Source of the DNA: Craspedostauros australis
Taxonomy: Eukaryota
Assembly: GCA_030167865.1 (NCBI GenBank)
Contig: JALAGF010005434.1
Location: 1 to 64,000, forward strand
DNA length: 64,000 bases
Direction of reading: 5' to 3'
The position numbers and the translations under genes were made by a program. Positions 46,154 through 57,942 of the stretch are shown piece by piece; positions within the stretch are counted from its first letter, which is position 1, and each line of letters opens with the position of its first letter. The notes under the pieces were generated by a model. The model saw only the letters and a program-made list of their open reading frames with translations, did not search any database and was not told the DNA's origin.

Positions 46154-49100
46154 TTACATCAACATGGTCTCGTCGATGCCTTTCCTGTTCTTGTGCTTGG
46201 CCTGCTGTGCGAACATGTGGGCGATTTGTGCGCAGGTCGTTGCCTGATCGATCCTCTTGTCTGGACGCCGTCTCTTGAATCTGGGAAAGCGCAACGCGAC
46301 GCCACGTCCCTCTGGTCCGTCCACCAACCCCGCAGCTGCCGTATGTTGCAGTGATAACGACATGTCGGCGAAGGAGACCTCGAATACCTCCATCGGTTTG
46401 AACCAGATTGGGGGAGATTCGTTCGTGATGATGACTGCCGAAGATGGACAGGACGGGTAACAGTTAACTCCTACCGCCGACGCGTTTGGCTCATCCTGAT
46501 CGTCATCGGCACCATTGTCATCATCGTCATCATCGCCATCACCGTTGCGCACATCTGCAGGTTCATTAATTCCGTGGCTGGTTCGTTCATTGTCACCGTT
46601 TGCTTCTGATTCCGATGTTGCCGCTCCAACTGCCGTATCTATGCCATCCACGCCAACACCGTGGGGATACGGAGTGTCATGAAGATAGAACTCTCGCATG
46701 GCGTCGTACATCTTGTCCGTGAAGCTCATGCATCGGCTGATGGAACGGAACACATCCTCTTGCTCGTCGTACACCGCCAGCAGCACAGGCGAAAGGAAGT
46801 TGCGCTGTGCCTTGCGGCCCGTCCCACGCCAGGCGCCGATGGGAACAACGTCGATAGTGTCGGAACAACCATCGACGTAGTCACGTTTGACCTTCAACCA
46901 CCACCGGCTGCGTGAGCCTGCTTCGTATGGGCTCTTCAATCGTAATGTGCTCTGGCCGTCATCATTGTCGCCAACTTTACTGTCGTCTTGAGACTCGTGT
47001 TGGGTGGTATTCAATCCAGCATCTTGCTGCAGCATGTCGGCTGATTGGCTGCAGGGTTCGGCCTTGATCGACACATCGATATTTGCATGTTTGCCGCAAG
47101 CCACGTCATCCGCTCCGCAACTGGTGTCGTTCGTTTCATCAGCCAAAGTGTTATTAGTAGATCTGCCAAGCAACTTGACCATGAGACCTTCAGCACCACC
47201 ATCCACGGACTCTTGCAGGAATGTAGAGATCAAAGTCTCGTCATATTTCAACATTTGTCTGGAAGACACGAATGCAAAATCATCTGTATCTCGGAAATGC
47301 TGGCGTAACAGTTCTTGTCGTTTCCAAAGCGGTTCCTTGATCAGCGATCTGCCATTGAGGTACATCAGATCAAAAGCAAACACCTTGACATGGACACCCT
47401 TGCCGTCATCTTCCTTGCGCTTGCGTTTGGCCAGATCCTGGAATGGCAACAGCTGCCATATTGTCCGACCTTCTGCCGTCGTTTCCTTCTCAACACCGAC
47501 GATTTCGGAATCTAGAATGAATGAAGTCACCGGCTCAGCCGTGGCATTCTGGTGCTGTGCACCTTGACGAGGTTCGCACTCGGCATCGTTATTCGCGTCG
47601 ATGTTGTCATCACCCTTTGTCTTCACTGCGGCATCAAGAATCGCTTGGGCCGCATCAGGGAATTGGGCAGTCTTCTCCAGCAGGTTGCGCGAGAAAAGTC
47701 GAACCTGCCTGCCATCCCAATGTGCCTGGCATCGGACACCGTCGTACTTCCATTCCAAGACAACCCCATCTCCGTTGGTTTGCATCAACTTCTGCACTTC
47801 CTCCAACGAGTGGGACGCGGTGGCCAGCATAGGGGAAATCGGAATCGACAGCTGGATGCTGCAAGCACGTTCCATCTCTGCGATGCCACCCGCGAGCAAG
47901 GATCGGATGATGAGCTCGAGATTCGGGCACACATCGTGAGTGTTCTGTATTTTGGACGTGACCTTCTTAATATCCAACTGATCACGTCGCGTGTCACGCC
48001 TCGCCACAACCAACGCCAGAGCCGCCAGCAAGGTCTTGATATTGGCGCCAACTCGCATGTTGGATATCAGGAGGCGGACCAAAAATCCAAGCTCGCTCTT
48101 GGTTTTGCAAGAACGAAACAATTTACGTATCAGGTTCTCCTTTGCGTTGTGTCCGCTGGTCTTGGACAACACGTTCAACGAGTCGTACAATCCCACAATG
48201 GTCAAGCCACGTGCCTTTTGCGTGCTTGCGGAAACGGCGAAGAACGATATTGCTCTGCGGCCAGTGAAGTACCTGGCGGCAGCATCGCCCATGTCGCCAG
48301 TTTCCCGGTAGGCTGTTGAGAGCTGCGATCGTTGGATTCCCAGAATGGCGCAAAGAGCTTTTGACACGGTACCCCAACTCACATCTAGCGGTGCGTGGAT
48401 GGTGCTGGTCGGACGGCCGAGCATAATGAGCATCGAACATCCCAGTACCTCGCTGGCCTTATCGTACTGCGTCATCGTGCCAGCACCAGCACGTTCATGG
48501 TCAGCATCAATGGAAGCGACGGATTGCTGATCATTTCCAGGAAGATCGTAGAACTCAATGACATCCTCGATGAATACCTTGAGAGTATCCAGTTTTTGCA
48601 ACCGCTTCGTTGTATCCGCAAGCTCCTGCAAAGCATTGGCGAGCCGCTCGAATGGAACGTCACTATTCATATCATTGGTACGATGCTGCGCCTTAGCTGT
48701 TGTTTTTGCTGTTGCTGCGTCTCTTGGGGACTGTGTCGTAGCACTTCCACCACTGCTCACTTGCGCACAGTCTGATTGGAGCGGCCTTCGCGTTGGCGGT
48801 GATTTTAATGTTGCCGCCAGTATCGGCGTCGGCGTCGATGGAAAAGACACACGATCTTCTGCATCCGACTTGCCCTTGGACACGTCCAACTGTTCCGCTT
48901 GCATCGTGCAGTCGTCTCGTTGTGTGTACCTGTACGGACCTTCACTCTCCTGCCTCGATGTGAAGTGCAGATCGTCATCATCAGAGCTGTCCGATTCATG
49001 ATCTGTTTGCTCTTCGAAGATATCCCTTCTAGCGCGCTTCTTGGCAAGTTGGCTCTTCGCGACGGTAGGCGGGGTCGAAGTCTCAGTCTCAGTCCCAGCC

Positions 49101-49582
49101 CCAGTTCCAGTCCTAGGTCGACTTCGTTCCTCTGCTTTGTACACCGTGAAGTAGGACTCCATCTTGGATTGCGATGGGTCCACCTTGCGCTTTTTGCTCC
49201 GCTTGTTCTCTGGACTGGAAGGTGGCTTTGGACTGCCGGCTTTGCTTGGCCTGGCTTTTCGTTTCGTCGCCTTTCTCTTCGTCTTCGTCGTCCCCTTGGT
49301 TGGGGTGGGGGGATCTTTCACATCCAGCCTCCAGACCATCTCTTCTGTGTTGGCGTCAAGTTTTGAGTTTCCGTTCTCGTTCGCGCCTGTGTCTGGAGGA
49401 TGGCACAGCGCGCCATTCTGCACCTTGTCATCATCCTGGCGACAGAGGATATCCATCGCCCTCTCCACCGAACCACCTCCTGCCTCCAGAAGCTGGAATG
49501 CACGTCCTGGCGTCAGATATTCGCCACAGATGGAACGCATCATCTGAAACTTGGCCTGGTCATCCGGATTTGTCAGCGACAT
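46154..49582 (-). CDS. ATP-dependent DNA ligase, LIG1-like
   Basis: Motifs I EWKYDG, III FILDSEIV, IIIa FAFDLMYLNG, IV EGLMVK, V WLKVKRDY and VI LRFPRFKRRRPDK. DNA-binding domain ETGDMGD and PIP-like QSKMESYF. Confidence 0.93.
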   Translation of the reverse strand: MSLTNPDDQAKFQMMRSICGEYLTPGRAFQLLEAGGGSVERAMDILCRQDDDKVQNGALCHPPDTGANENGNSKLDANTEEMVWRLDVKDPPTPTKGTTKTKRKATKRKARPSKAGSPKPPSSPENKRSKKRKVDPSQSKMESYFTVYKAEERSRPRTGTGAGTETETSTPPTVAKSQLAKKRARRDIFEEQTDHESDSSDDDDLHFTSRQESEGPYRYTQRDDCTMQAEQLDVSKGKSDAEDRVSFPSTPTPILAATLKSPPTRRPLQSDCAQVSSGGSATTQSPRDAATAKTTAKAQHRTNDMNSDVPFERLANALQELADTTKRLQKLDTLKVFIEDVIEFYDLPGNDQQSVASIDADHERAGAGTMTQYDKASEVLGCSMLIMLGRPTSTIHAPLDVSWGTVSKALCAILGIQRSQLSTAYRETGDMGDAAARYFTGRRAISFFAVSASTQKARGLTIVGLYDSLNVLSKTSGHNAKENLIRKLFRSCKTKSELGFLVRLLISNMRVGANIKTLLAALALVVARRDTRRDQLDIKKVTSKIQNTHDVCPNLELIIRSLLAGGIAEMERACSIQLSIPISPMLATASHSLEEVQKLMQTNGDGVVLEWKYDGVRCQAHWDGRQVRLFSRNLLEKTAQFPDAAQAILDAAVKTKGDDNIDANNDAECEPRQGAQHQNATAEPVTSFILDSEIVGVEKETTAEGRTIWQLLPFQDLAKRKRKEDDGKGVHVKVFAFDLMYLNGRSLIKEPLWKRQELLRQHFRDTDDFAFVSSRQMLKYDETLISTFLQESVDGGAEGLMVKLLGRSTNNTLADETNDTSCGADDVACGKHANIDVSIKAEPCSQSADMLQQDAGLNTTQHESQDDSKVGDNDDGQSTLRLKSPYEAGSRSRWWLKVKRDYVDGCSDTIDVVPIGAWRGTGRKAQRNFLSPVLLAVYDEQEDVFRSISRCMSFTDKMYDAMREFYLHDTPYPHGVGVDGIDTAVGAATSESEANGDNERTSHGINEPADVRNGDGDDDDDDNGADDDQDEPNASAVGVNCYPSCPSSAVIITNESPPIWFKPMEVFEVSFADMSLSLQHTAAAGLVDGPEGRGVALRFPRFKRRRPDKRIDQATTCAQIAHMFAQQAKHKNRKGIDETMLM

Positions 49583-50038
49583 GTTGAAGTGCACACAGTG
49601 CGTTTTCTGTTCGACAGCGATTGCGTTCCTCTCGTCTGCAATACTCTATTGGCTTCCAATACGCTACGTCTCGTGGCACTGTGCACTGTTTGGCGATTGT
49701 TGAATTGGGCCTTGTTCGGAATAACAGCATCTTCAAGCGTCGTTACGCTGTCGTCCATGTCTGTGGCAGCCACTGTGCTTCGTGGTTGTGTTGGCGCCGC
49801 TTCGCCCGTTTTTTGCCGCCACAAATTTGCTCGTTTCTTCGTGCCACAAATTTTGGAAATCTATTCGAGTCGATGTGGTCAAACACGACTGCTTCGCACG
49901 CGAAATCTTTGCTGCGGTTGTCGGTGGCAGTGATGTCGGCTGATTTATTGTCTTGCGCTTGGTTGCCATTTGACACAAAAGTGCACGCGACAGGGCAATG
50001 TGATGTCTCCATCGTCCAAGGCAACCTGACCCTCGATC

Positions 50039-51271
50039 ATGGCTTCGAAGGCAGGTGTTGATCATCACGATGAAGACAACGGCAACGATGATGATGACGA
50101 TGGTAGCGCAGAAGGTGCCGTTTTCCAAAGTCTGTTCGATGATGACAGCAGCGATGATGGTGTAAAGAGTGCCAAGGACGACGATGGCGACCACATGACG
50201 GCACAAAACAAAACGAGCACCGCAACTACCGCAACCACCGCAACTGGCATCGAGCGTCCTGCCGCGGACCAATTCGTGGAACGTACGATACTGCACGTCA
50301 CCATTAAGGAACAGCAGGTGGGAGGATCCATCGCCCACCGTTTGTGGCCATCTGCGGAAGCGTTGGCTAGGTTCGTGGTGGACTACGCGGGGCGTCGCAT
50401 CACGCGCCAAGAGCTTTTGGAGCAGGTGCTGAGCCAACGGCGACAGCAACCAAAGCTGGATGCGTTGCGATTGCAGTTGGAGAATGCGTTGGATGCAGTC
50501 GATGCGACCTTGCGAATAACGCCAACAGATGTGGGCAGTGATGATAACACCGGCAGCACGAAAGAAGAGCAGTCTGCGTCGACACCTACCCCCTCCGGTC
50601 AAGCAACTCGCACACCGATCATCGCATTGGAATTGGGGTCTGGAATTGGATTGACGGGTTTGGAAGTTTCCACCCAAATGCCAACGAGGCTGTTGCAGAC
50701 TGAGCTCCAGACCGGGCTTCCGATACTACAAGATAACATTGACTTGAATCGGTGGCGTTTCCTGCTGGGGACGGATTGCGTCGAAGCGATGCGACTGGAT
50801 TGGGGAAACGAATCGGAAACACGCGAAGCATTGGAATGGATCGAACGGCAGCAATCGCAGACCAAACAACCAAGCGATGATGGCGCTGCCGTGGTGCTCG
50901 CCAGCACATTGCCCGTCCTGATCTTGGCATCGGATTGCGTGTATTGGCCGGAGCTGCATCTGCCGTTGGAGCAGGTGCTGATGCGGTTGCTGTCGCAGTG
51001 TCCGCCGCAATCCGTCTGTCTGCTTGCTGGGATGCGACGGTGGAAGAGCGACAACGCATTCTACCAGTCGTTGGGGAAACAGACCCAGACGCCGACACAT
51101 CGATTGCAGTGCACGTGCCTGCGGGAGCACGTATATCGTGAGGGTGCTTCGCACAGCGCTGACGACACTAACGGCACTAACGATGACAGCGTGGATGCAA
51201 GTGCTGGTGCCAAACGTCAGGCGAAGCGAGAGATCATGCGTATCTACGCCATTCGGTGGGTTGGTAGATGA
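50039..51271 (+). CDS. METTL21-like (Methyltransf_16) protein lysine methyltransferase
   Basis: IAHRLWPSA, ALELGSGIGLTG, LDWG and ILASDCVY motifs. Confidence 0.88.
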   Translation: MASKAGVDHHDEDNGNDDDDDGSAEGAVFQSLFDDDSSDDGVKSAKDDDGDHMTAQNKTSTATTATTATGIERPAADQFVERTILHVTIKEQQVGGSIAHRLWPSAEALARFVVDYAGRRITRQELLEQVLSQRRQQPKLDALRLQLENALDAVDATLRITPTDVGSDDNTGSTKEEQSASTPTPSGQATRTPIIALELGSGIGLTGLEVSTQMPTRLLQTELQTGLPILQDNIDLNRWRFLLGTDCVEAMRLDWGNESETREALEWIERQQSQTKQPSDDGAAVVLASTLPVLILASDCVYWPELHLPLEQVLMRLLSQCPPQSVCLLAGMRRWKSDNAFYQSLGKQTQTPTHRLQCTCLREHVYREGASHSADDTNGTNDDSVDASAGAKRQAKREIMRIYAIRWVGR

Positions 51272-51367
51272 GAATAGCCTGCAGGTATACACGTGTGGTA
51301 CCAATCGAGATCATATCGATTGCGATAGACGGGAATGGTCATGTTTTCCTATCATTCTACGAGTACG

Positions 51368-51415
51368 AGTGCATAGCACACACGTACAGTGCATAGCACA
51401 CACGTACAGTGCATA
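51368..51415. repeat. 20-bp tandem repeat, about 2.4 copies
   Basis: AGTGCATAGCACACACGTAC repeated. Confidence 0.9.
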
Positions 51416-51633
51416 ATACGTCGTAGATTGATGCATAATATTCCACGGATTGTGTGTTTATTTTAGTTTATTCGTATTATAGTAGAGTACTCGTGTGGTT
51501 AAGTACTGCCATGTGTATGGATGCATGTAGTGGTATGTATTGTATGGATGCGCTTCCTCCCCTGATGTTCCAACCGCTGAGCGCGCACCGTGAGTAGCTT
51601 GCGTACGGTACGAGTAGTTGGCATACTCGTAGT

Positions 51634-52902
51634 TTAGATGATGCCATCTACCATCACAGTGACGCGCTTGAGCAGGTTCTCCATTGCCATCAACGGTTTC
51701 TTCATCCAAAAGGGCAAGTCCACGTGTTCGTCTTGCATGATGAACCCGATGGTGGACAGCGTGAAGAGGAGGATGCCGCCAGGTTTGGAAAGGAGCGCGA
51801 CGACGACCTGCTGGCACGTCGAATCCTCGAAATCCTCCTTCTTGTCCCACAACGTCGTCGCGACGGCCCGGATGCCTCTCACAAAAATGGAAGAGCCGAT
51901 GCATCCCGCGTTGACGCGACGTGCCAGGCCCGTCTTCCCGAATGAAAGCAATCCGGAAAAGGCGTAGACCAACACGCGGCCAAGGTTCTGGATGGACTTG
52001 GTCTTCTCCTTGGCCACCTTGGACAGCCCTCCTGTCAGCAACAGACGGGATGTGGGAAAGCCAAGGCGGCGGTTGGTCTCGAGGAACAGCGAGCCCAAAT
52101 TCAACGTCAGGCAGTAGCGCGAAACGAACTTGCCAATACGGCTGTCGTTGTGGCCGCTGGCGAGGACCGCCATGAACTGGAACGCGAAGCCTTTGAGGAT
52201 GTCGAAGATCTCATCGATGTCCAGGACCCGCAGGAACGTCCCGATGCTCGCACCTGCCTTGATCAGCCGCTTCATGTCGCGCTGGACATTGCGGATGATG
52301 CGCTTCTGCGTCCTCTTGAGCTCCCGCTCTTCACGCTGCGTGATGACCCCGTCCTCGCGTGCCTGCCGCGCCATGGCCATCTGCTTCCTGGCCGACTCCA
52401 CGCGCGTCTGCATCTGGCCGATGCTGCGTGCCGCCATGACGAAGGACGGTGCACGCCACACGGCGGAACGGACGGCCTGTCGGAAGTTGCGACGGGCCTC
52501 TTTCAGCGCCTCTTCCAATTTTGCGAACCCCGTGGCCCGCATCATGGTGATGAAGTGGATCTGGCCAGGAGCCTCGCGGCTTCCGACGATCAGCGCGGCT
52601 CCGTAGAGCGCGGTGAGGGATCCCGAAATGGTCGGCAGCACCTTGCTCGCCAACGTCTCGTCCTCGTCGTCATCGTCGAGGAAGAATGGGAGGTTGTCGA
52701 TGGCATTGAAGCGATCCCGCACGTACGAGATGACGTCGAAACCGTCACCATCGGATTCGCTTCCCACCTGGCCTCGACCTCCTCCCGTCGCCGACGCTTC
52801 TGTGCGTACAATGGATCCCTGCAGGCATAGGAAGAATAGAAGCAGAGTCAAAGGTCCAAGCCTCGATGCTGGTGCACCCTGATTTGTTCCGAAAGGCATC
52901 AT
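51634..52902 (-). CDS. Hypothetical membrane protein with signal peptide
   Basis: Long GC3-biased ORF with an N-terminal hydrophobic stretch (LTLLLFFLCL), a coiled-coil middle and several hydrophobic segments. Confidence 0.72.
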   Translation of the reverse strand: MMPFGTNQGAPASRLGPLTLLLFFLCLQGSIVRTEASATGGGRGQVGSESDGDGFDVISYVRDRFNAIDNLPFFLDDDDEDETLASKVLPTISGSLTALYGAALIVGSREAPGQIHFITMMRATGFAKLEEALKEARRNFRQAVRSAVWRAPSFVMAARSIGQMQTRVESARKQMAMARQAREDGVITQREERELKRTQKRIIRNVQRDMKRLIKAGASIGTFLRVLDIDEIFDILKGFAFQFMAVLASGHNDSRIGKFVSRYCLTLNLGSLFLETNRRLGFPTSRLLLTGGLSKVAKEKTKSIQNLGRVLVYAFSGLLSFGKTGLARRVNAGCIGSSIFVRGIRAVATTLWDKKEDFEDSTCQQVVVALLSKPGGILLFTLSTIGFIMQDEHVDLPFWMKKPLMAMENLLKRVTVMVDGII

Positions 52903-53618
52903 GATGGTTGCTATCGTACGAGCTACTGGTACGAGTAGAGTTCTCGCCTTGCTACACTGCTCCGCTCTGTTCGTTTTCTGGTTGCCGCCGCCTGTAGGAC
53001 GTGTGGACAGGATCGGCACCCGCACGAGCTGCGACCTATCCATTGGCAGGAAGGGGAGGAGGGTGGAAGATTCTGTGCAGCCTTACCTGTCTCTCTTGGT
53101 CCGAAGATTTCACGGGAACGAAGGCGTCAAGACTGACATGATTGATGGGTTGTTTGGATCAATTCGATTCCTATTTCTCAAAGTCGAAACAGGACACAAA
53201 GAATCTGTCACAGTTCTATGTCATCAAGTTGAGGAGAGAACCAATGACAAAATCATGACGGACAATCCTGCCAATATTGGTTTCAGGACATGTCGTCTTG
53301 GTGAAACACGGTACAATCACGAATTTGCGGATACGTGCTTTGCCAAACACGAACATCCCGAACGAACCACTTTTTGGCAACCTCGAATTGGGCAGCGGAA
53401 GTTTGGCAGAGAAAGGCGTCAACCAAGAAGAGACGTCTTGCGAAAACGCAAAGAATGAAAGTGTTGGTGCACGAACATCGTTGTGTGTGTGGGTACCTGC
53501 TGCATCTCTGGTATGTTTCGGTGGTGCGTGATCTCCTCATGCTGTTGTTTCGCGTGAGCACAACACCAAAATAATGGTGAGCGAATTCATCTGACAGCAA
53601 GCCTCACAAATCGGCGCG

Positions 53619-54386
53619 ATGAAACCTGAAAGCAATGAAAGAATCCTCATGCTACCAAAAGCATCTTCGAGAACAACGACCATGACCCCGATGCAAATGG
53701 CGTTGCCACCGTCAACAACAGCGACTGCAACAGCGACTGCAACAACGACAGCGACAACGACAGCGACAACGACAGCGACACCAGCGTCAACATTGACAAC
53801 GACAGCAGCGTCAGCGGACATAGCAGCAACCATAGCGATGTTCGAAGAGCACAGCCAATTGCGGTTCCGCGATGAGACCATCGAAGAAACGATTGCGATC
53901 CTTGGTGCTACGTTGGAAGCTGCTCGGTTTCGACACATGAAGGCGCAGTCTCTCCACCCAATCATCCCAAAGCCCATCGAGCATTCGCCTGGTGTAGACA
54001 GTTCTGCAGTTTCAAACGCAGCGCCAGCGCCACACGCAGGCCATCCGTCAACGATCGATGGCAAGCAAGTCACCGGCGACGGCAGCTCATCGCGAGCAGC
54101 GTCCCGAGTGCCGACGCACAAGCCGAGCAAGTACACCCCGCGCAAGAAAAAGTTCCACAGGAAAGGGAGGATCTGCCCGCCGCCGCCGCTTCAGCAGGCA
54201 TATGGGCGCTGGACGACCGCAGAGCACGAGCTGTTCCTCAAGGGGCTCAATGAGTTTGGCTGCGACTGGCGGAGGATGACGCTGAAGGTACCAAGCCGGA
54301 CAATCGTACAAATCCGCACCCATGCCCAAAAATTCTTTGCCAAGCGCTTCTCCAACAGGCGTTCGAGCCCCAAGAAGTCGACGTAA
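53619..54386 (+). CDS. Single-repeat MYB transcription factor, SHAQKYF class
   Basis: GRWTTAEHELFLKGL..FG.DW...VPSRTIVQIRTHAQKFF. Confidence 0.9.
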   Translation: MKPESNERILMLPKASSRTTTMTPMQMALPPSTTATATATATTTATTTATTTATPASTLTTTAASADIAATIAMFEEHSQLRFRDETIEETIAILGATLEAARFRHMKAQSLHPIIPKPIEHSPGVDSSAVSNAAPAPHAGHPSTIDGKQVTGDGSSSRAASRVPTHKPSKYTPRKKKFHRKGRICPPPPLQQAYGRWTTAEHELFLKGLNEFGCDWRRMTLKVPSRTIVQIRTHAQKFFAKRFSNRRSSPKKST

Positions 54387-56456
54387 GGACAAGCCGACTT
54401 CGAGTTGAGGATCGGCGTCTCCCAACTGTAGGCGGCTGTGTTCGGATGACCTGACGAATACGCTGATGGCATGATATTAGGGCTGCATACATGGAGAGCT
54501 ACACAAAATTACATATTTTAGAACGTTCTTGTGTCAGAGAAACATGCGCGCGCATCCGATACGGCTCTCGCCCAGGAGAGAAAGAGAGCAGCAGCAGCCT
54601 ACACGGCAAGGCTCCTCAATTTAGACCATCGACGAATACGCGTACCTTGGAAGGGATGCATGAAACCGAAGAAATCAGCAATCCCGGGCCTCTTCTCGTT
54701 GCTGCAAGTATTCTGTTGATATTGCTGCGCAGCAGCACCGGATGTTCACATGATATATTATATTTACATTGCACGACAATGCGAAAGAGATGCCGACGAA
54801 TTCGCGATCGTGCCATGGTACAACGTTCCACTCTGCTGCTGATTCATTCAAAGGTCTACCAACAAGACGAGAAGAGATTTGCCGCCTGCTTTCACGGATT
54901 CGGGTACAGAGGGCGCAGCTTGGCGCAAGGCCTTATACTTCAGGGTGAATTCTTGTTGTCGTGTCAGACAGGTACGAGAAAAAAGAGCGCTTCGGACAAG
55001 TCTCCGCAATCAAATCTCAGACGAGAGAGAATCTGATGGTAAGCCCCCATCCAGGATGAGCCTTGGCTGGTTGGTTGGGGTGGGCGCATGGTTCCGTGCC
55101 TAAAAAAGGAGCGAATGGAATCGACCACGCGGGTTGCGCCCCAACCCAACGGAGGCAGCAATGCGTGGTCACGAAACAATCCAAAACACAAGTGGGATTT
55201 CGTCATCGTTGGGCTAGTGTGTACAGGCCAAAGCACGAAAAGTCAGGTTAATTCTGGTTCGCATCCTGCGCAAAAAAGCGACTAGCTGAATTTTGTTAGA
55301 GATGTGATACTTAACATCACAAGAACACGACGAAAATAGCTCCAAATTTTGGGTCTTGCTGTTCCAAGAGTTCTGCCACGGCACCCGCTTTGCCGAAATA
55401 GTTGAATCCACATTTCGCCGCCAGCCGGGTGAGGAGGCAGTCCCCACCACCATTTCCACGCAGTTCCTCCCTGATTTGCCATGAATCCATCGACAGGGTG
55501 CAAACAGGTGCTGCCTCTCTGCGAGCCACTAATACTCTGTCCCCCGTCCCTGTCGGGAGAACAGACGGTTTGCCACCGATTGGGGGAAATATGAGATAGA
55601 ATACGAGTAGGACATCTCCAGCCACTCTGCTTTGACCATCGGCGTAACGGGGAGTGCATGATAACATAAGATGATATGATGCATCAGACAGATAGATGAT
55701 TGCTCAATATTGCACAAGGTGAAGCATTTACGTTCTTCGTCTTGGATACCCCTCTACCGCCACCACATGCCCCTAACATCTTTCTTTCTCTTATCGGAGG
55801 CGGCGGATCTGCTGGAGATCACCTTGTTGCAGGCTGCACACACCAACCCGCCTCTTGCCGAGATACTCGCAGCATGCCTTCCAATTGGACTCATCCATTA
55901 TTCCGTGTTGAAGCGTGTTCGTCAATGTGACGATGGTTTGATTCCTTCCTCCTCTGGAGCGGATCTGCTAGTCACGGCCATGATCATTGGCCATGGCAAC
56001 TTCCAACATTCCACTCCAGTGCACCATGCATAGAGTGCCTTGGTTGCATATATTGTGTCATTGTGCGCAGCAATGGGCGCCGTCATATTCGTATGCACTT
56101 CCATAGCCTCCGCAGATATCTTGATTGCAGGCACACCACGAGGATGATCTGCACGAAAAAAGAAGTTTGTCAATAGCTTCCGCCTGGCAGCTTCGGAGGC
56201 AGTCCAATTTTGTTTCGTTTCTTTCGATCGGTGGGTGGGTGCTGGTCCGTGGAACAGCATCGATCTGTTGTGCTGCACCATGCACAATGGATGGGTTTGT
56301 GAATGTACCGATATGTCAAGCTTCCCTCAATACCACAGGATTCACTGTTTCTTCCTGTCCACAATCGTCGCAACTGGGCAGGAACAAGTTGCTATGCAAG
56401 ACTTGTTTTTCCAGTCTTCATGCCATCACGGCAGCGCAAGGAAAGAGACGGCGAGT

Positions 56457-57209
56457 TCACCGCTCGCTTGCTCGCAGCTGTTGTTCCGTCGGCGTTGGTA
56501 ATCCTGCGGAATGATACTCCCAATCCGCAACTGCGCCGGCCCATGCTTCATTCTCCTCATCGGTCGGAAAGACTTTGCACTGGCGTTGCAGCGGCATGTC
56601 AATTCCAAAATGGTCGACGACCTTCGCGAAAAATGATGGGTTGTGGAATTCATGTTGGCCCCTCAATTGCGTGGCCAATCCATCACGCATCGTCTGAGGA
56701 GAATGCGAGAGTGCATGCGGATCACTGAGCGCAATCGATTTTGTGTTCGTTGTTTGCTGTTGCCTACGATGCGTAGCAGTCCTCACGAAGTCCGTTTCCC
56801 ATGTGATCAGCGAATTGCATCCCAATGTGGGACCTGGCGAATTCGATGTCTTTTCGTCGTTCTTTGTCTTGGGCATGGTTCCGCTCTCCTTGTTTCCGCA
56901 CATTCGTTGTCGTTTCGTCTGCCGCTGCCGTTGGTTGCGTGGGTTGGATTGGCTGCGGCTGCCTTTGTGCCCACTGCCGACGTCACCACGATCGTCATCG
57001 TCTTTTTCAACAGTATCGTCGTTAGTGTCGATGTCCAAGTAACCTCCCACCACATGTGCCAACGCGTTGTTCGAACGTGGATGAGGGCTCTTCGTCTCAA
57101 TCTTCTTCTTCTTCTTCTTCTTCTTGTCGTCCTTCACATTCGTGCATGACGTTGCTTTGAAGTCGTCGGCAGACGAGGGGTCGGATCCGTAGCCACCCAA
57201 CGTGTCCAT
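56457..57209 (-). CDS. HCNGP/SAP30BP-like protein
   Basis: N-terminal LGGYGSD, a poly-Lys NLS-like run, and LRGQHEFHNPSFFAKVVDHFGID resembling the HCNGP core. Confidence 0.65.
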   Translation of the reverse strand: MDTLGGYGSDPSSADDFKATSCTNVKDDKKKKKKKKIETKSPHPRSNNALAHVVGGYLDIDTNDDTVEKDDDDRGDVGSGHKGSRSQSNPRNQRQRQTKRQRMCGNKESGTMPKTKNDEKTSNSPGPTLGCNSLITWETDFVRTATHRRQQQTTNTKSIALSDPHALSHSPQTMRDGLATQLRGQHEFHNPSFFAKVVDHFGIDMPLQRQCKVFPTDEENEAWAGAVADWEYHSAGLPTPTEQQLRASER

Positions 57210-57942
57210 CGTATCTATCGTTGCCGTCTTGTAGTATTCGTCGCTGCACTCGTTCCCGATGTGTTCGCTTGGTGGGACGTTGTCTGATCTCCCGGCGATG
57301 CTTTGCCGTGGCTCGATTCACCTCACTTCCTTCCCCTTTGCTTCCCTCCGATTCGTCCAGCTCCGCTCTGTCGTGACCAAGAATTGCGACGAAGCAAGGG
57401 AATACGTGAGACCAATACCCCGAAAGAAGGGCGTTTGTGCTGCTCTTGAGTATCCGCAGTCGATTGTACCATACCCGTACGAGTGTTGTTGGTGGGCACA
57501 GGAATGGGAGGCGGTATGATCTATTATAACTTGACTACCCAGAGCGAGTCGAATTGCGAGAGACGCCAACCGGACAGAGAGGAGGAGAGAGAGGAAGCAA
57601 GACTTCATGCATTGTGCACGAAATGGTTCTGGAGGTGGTCACGTCTCCCATGTCGTGACCACAAATGCTCGTGACGGCGAGGCCTCGCGCCTTTTTGTTG
57701 GTCTTGGATGGAAAACATGGTGTTCTTTGATTATGGTATTCAGTACCATTTGAGAGGTTCTTTCCGCCCGTATCGAGGAAGCCCACAACGGCAAGCTAGA
57801 GAGTCATGGCCGCGCATAGGACGAAAAGATGAGAGGAGAGGGAGGTGTCAGGTACGACCTATCCGCACTTCCACAAGACTCATGATAGAGGATCAAAAGG
57901 CCGCAACGGCTTTGCTAACGCTACGTAACGCTGTCGAAAAAT

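Noticed and set aside
51368..51415. Tandem 20-mer considered as a CRISPR-like array
   Set aside because: No spacers, only about 2 units, and a eukaryotic context without cas genes.
53710..53810. (ACAGCG/ACA)n repeat in the MYB gene and other microsatellites
   Set aside because: Ordinary low-complexity tracts found throughout this window.
54450..56450. 2-kb stretch of short ORFs between the MYB and HCNGP-like genes
   Set aside because: Stops occur in all frames and no family is recognisable, so it cannot be called even as a pseudogene.
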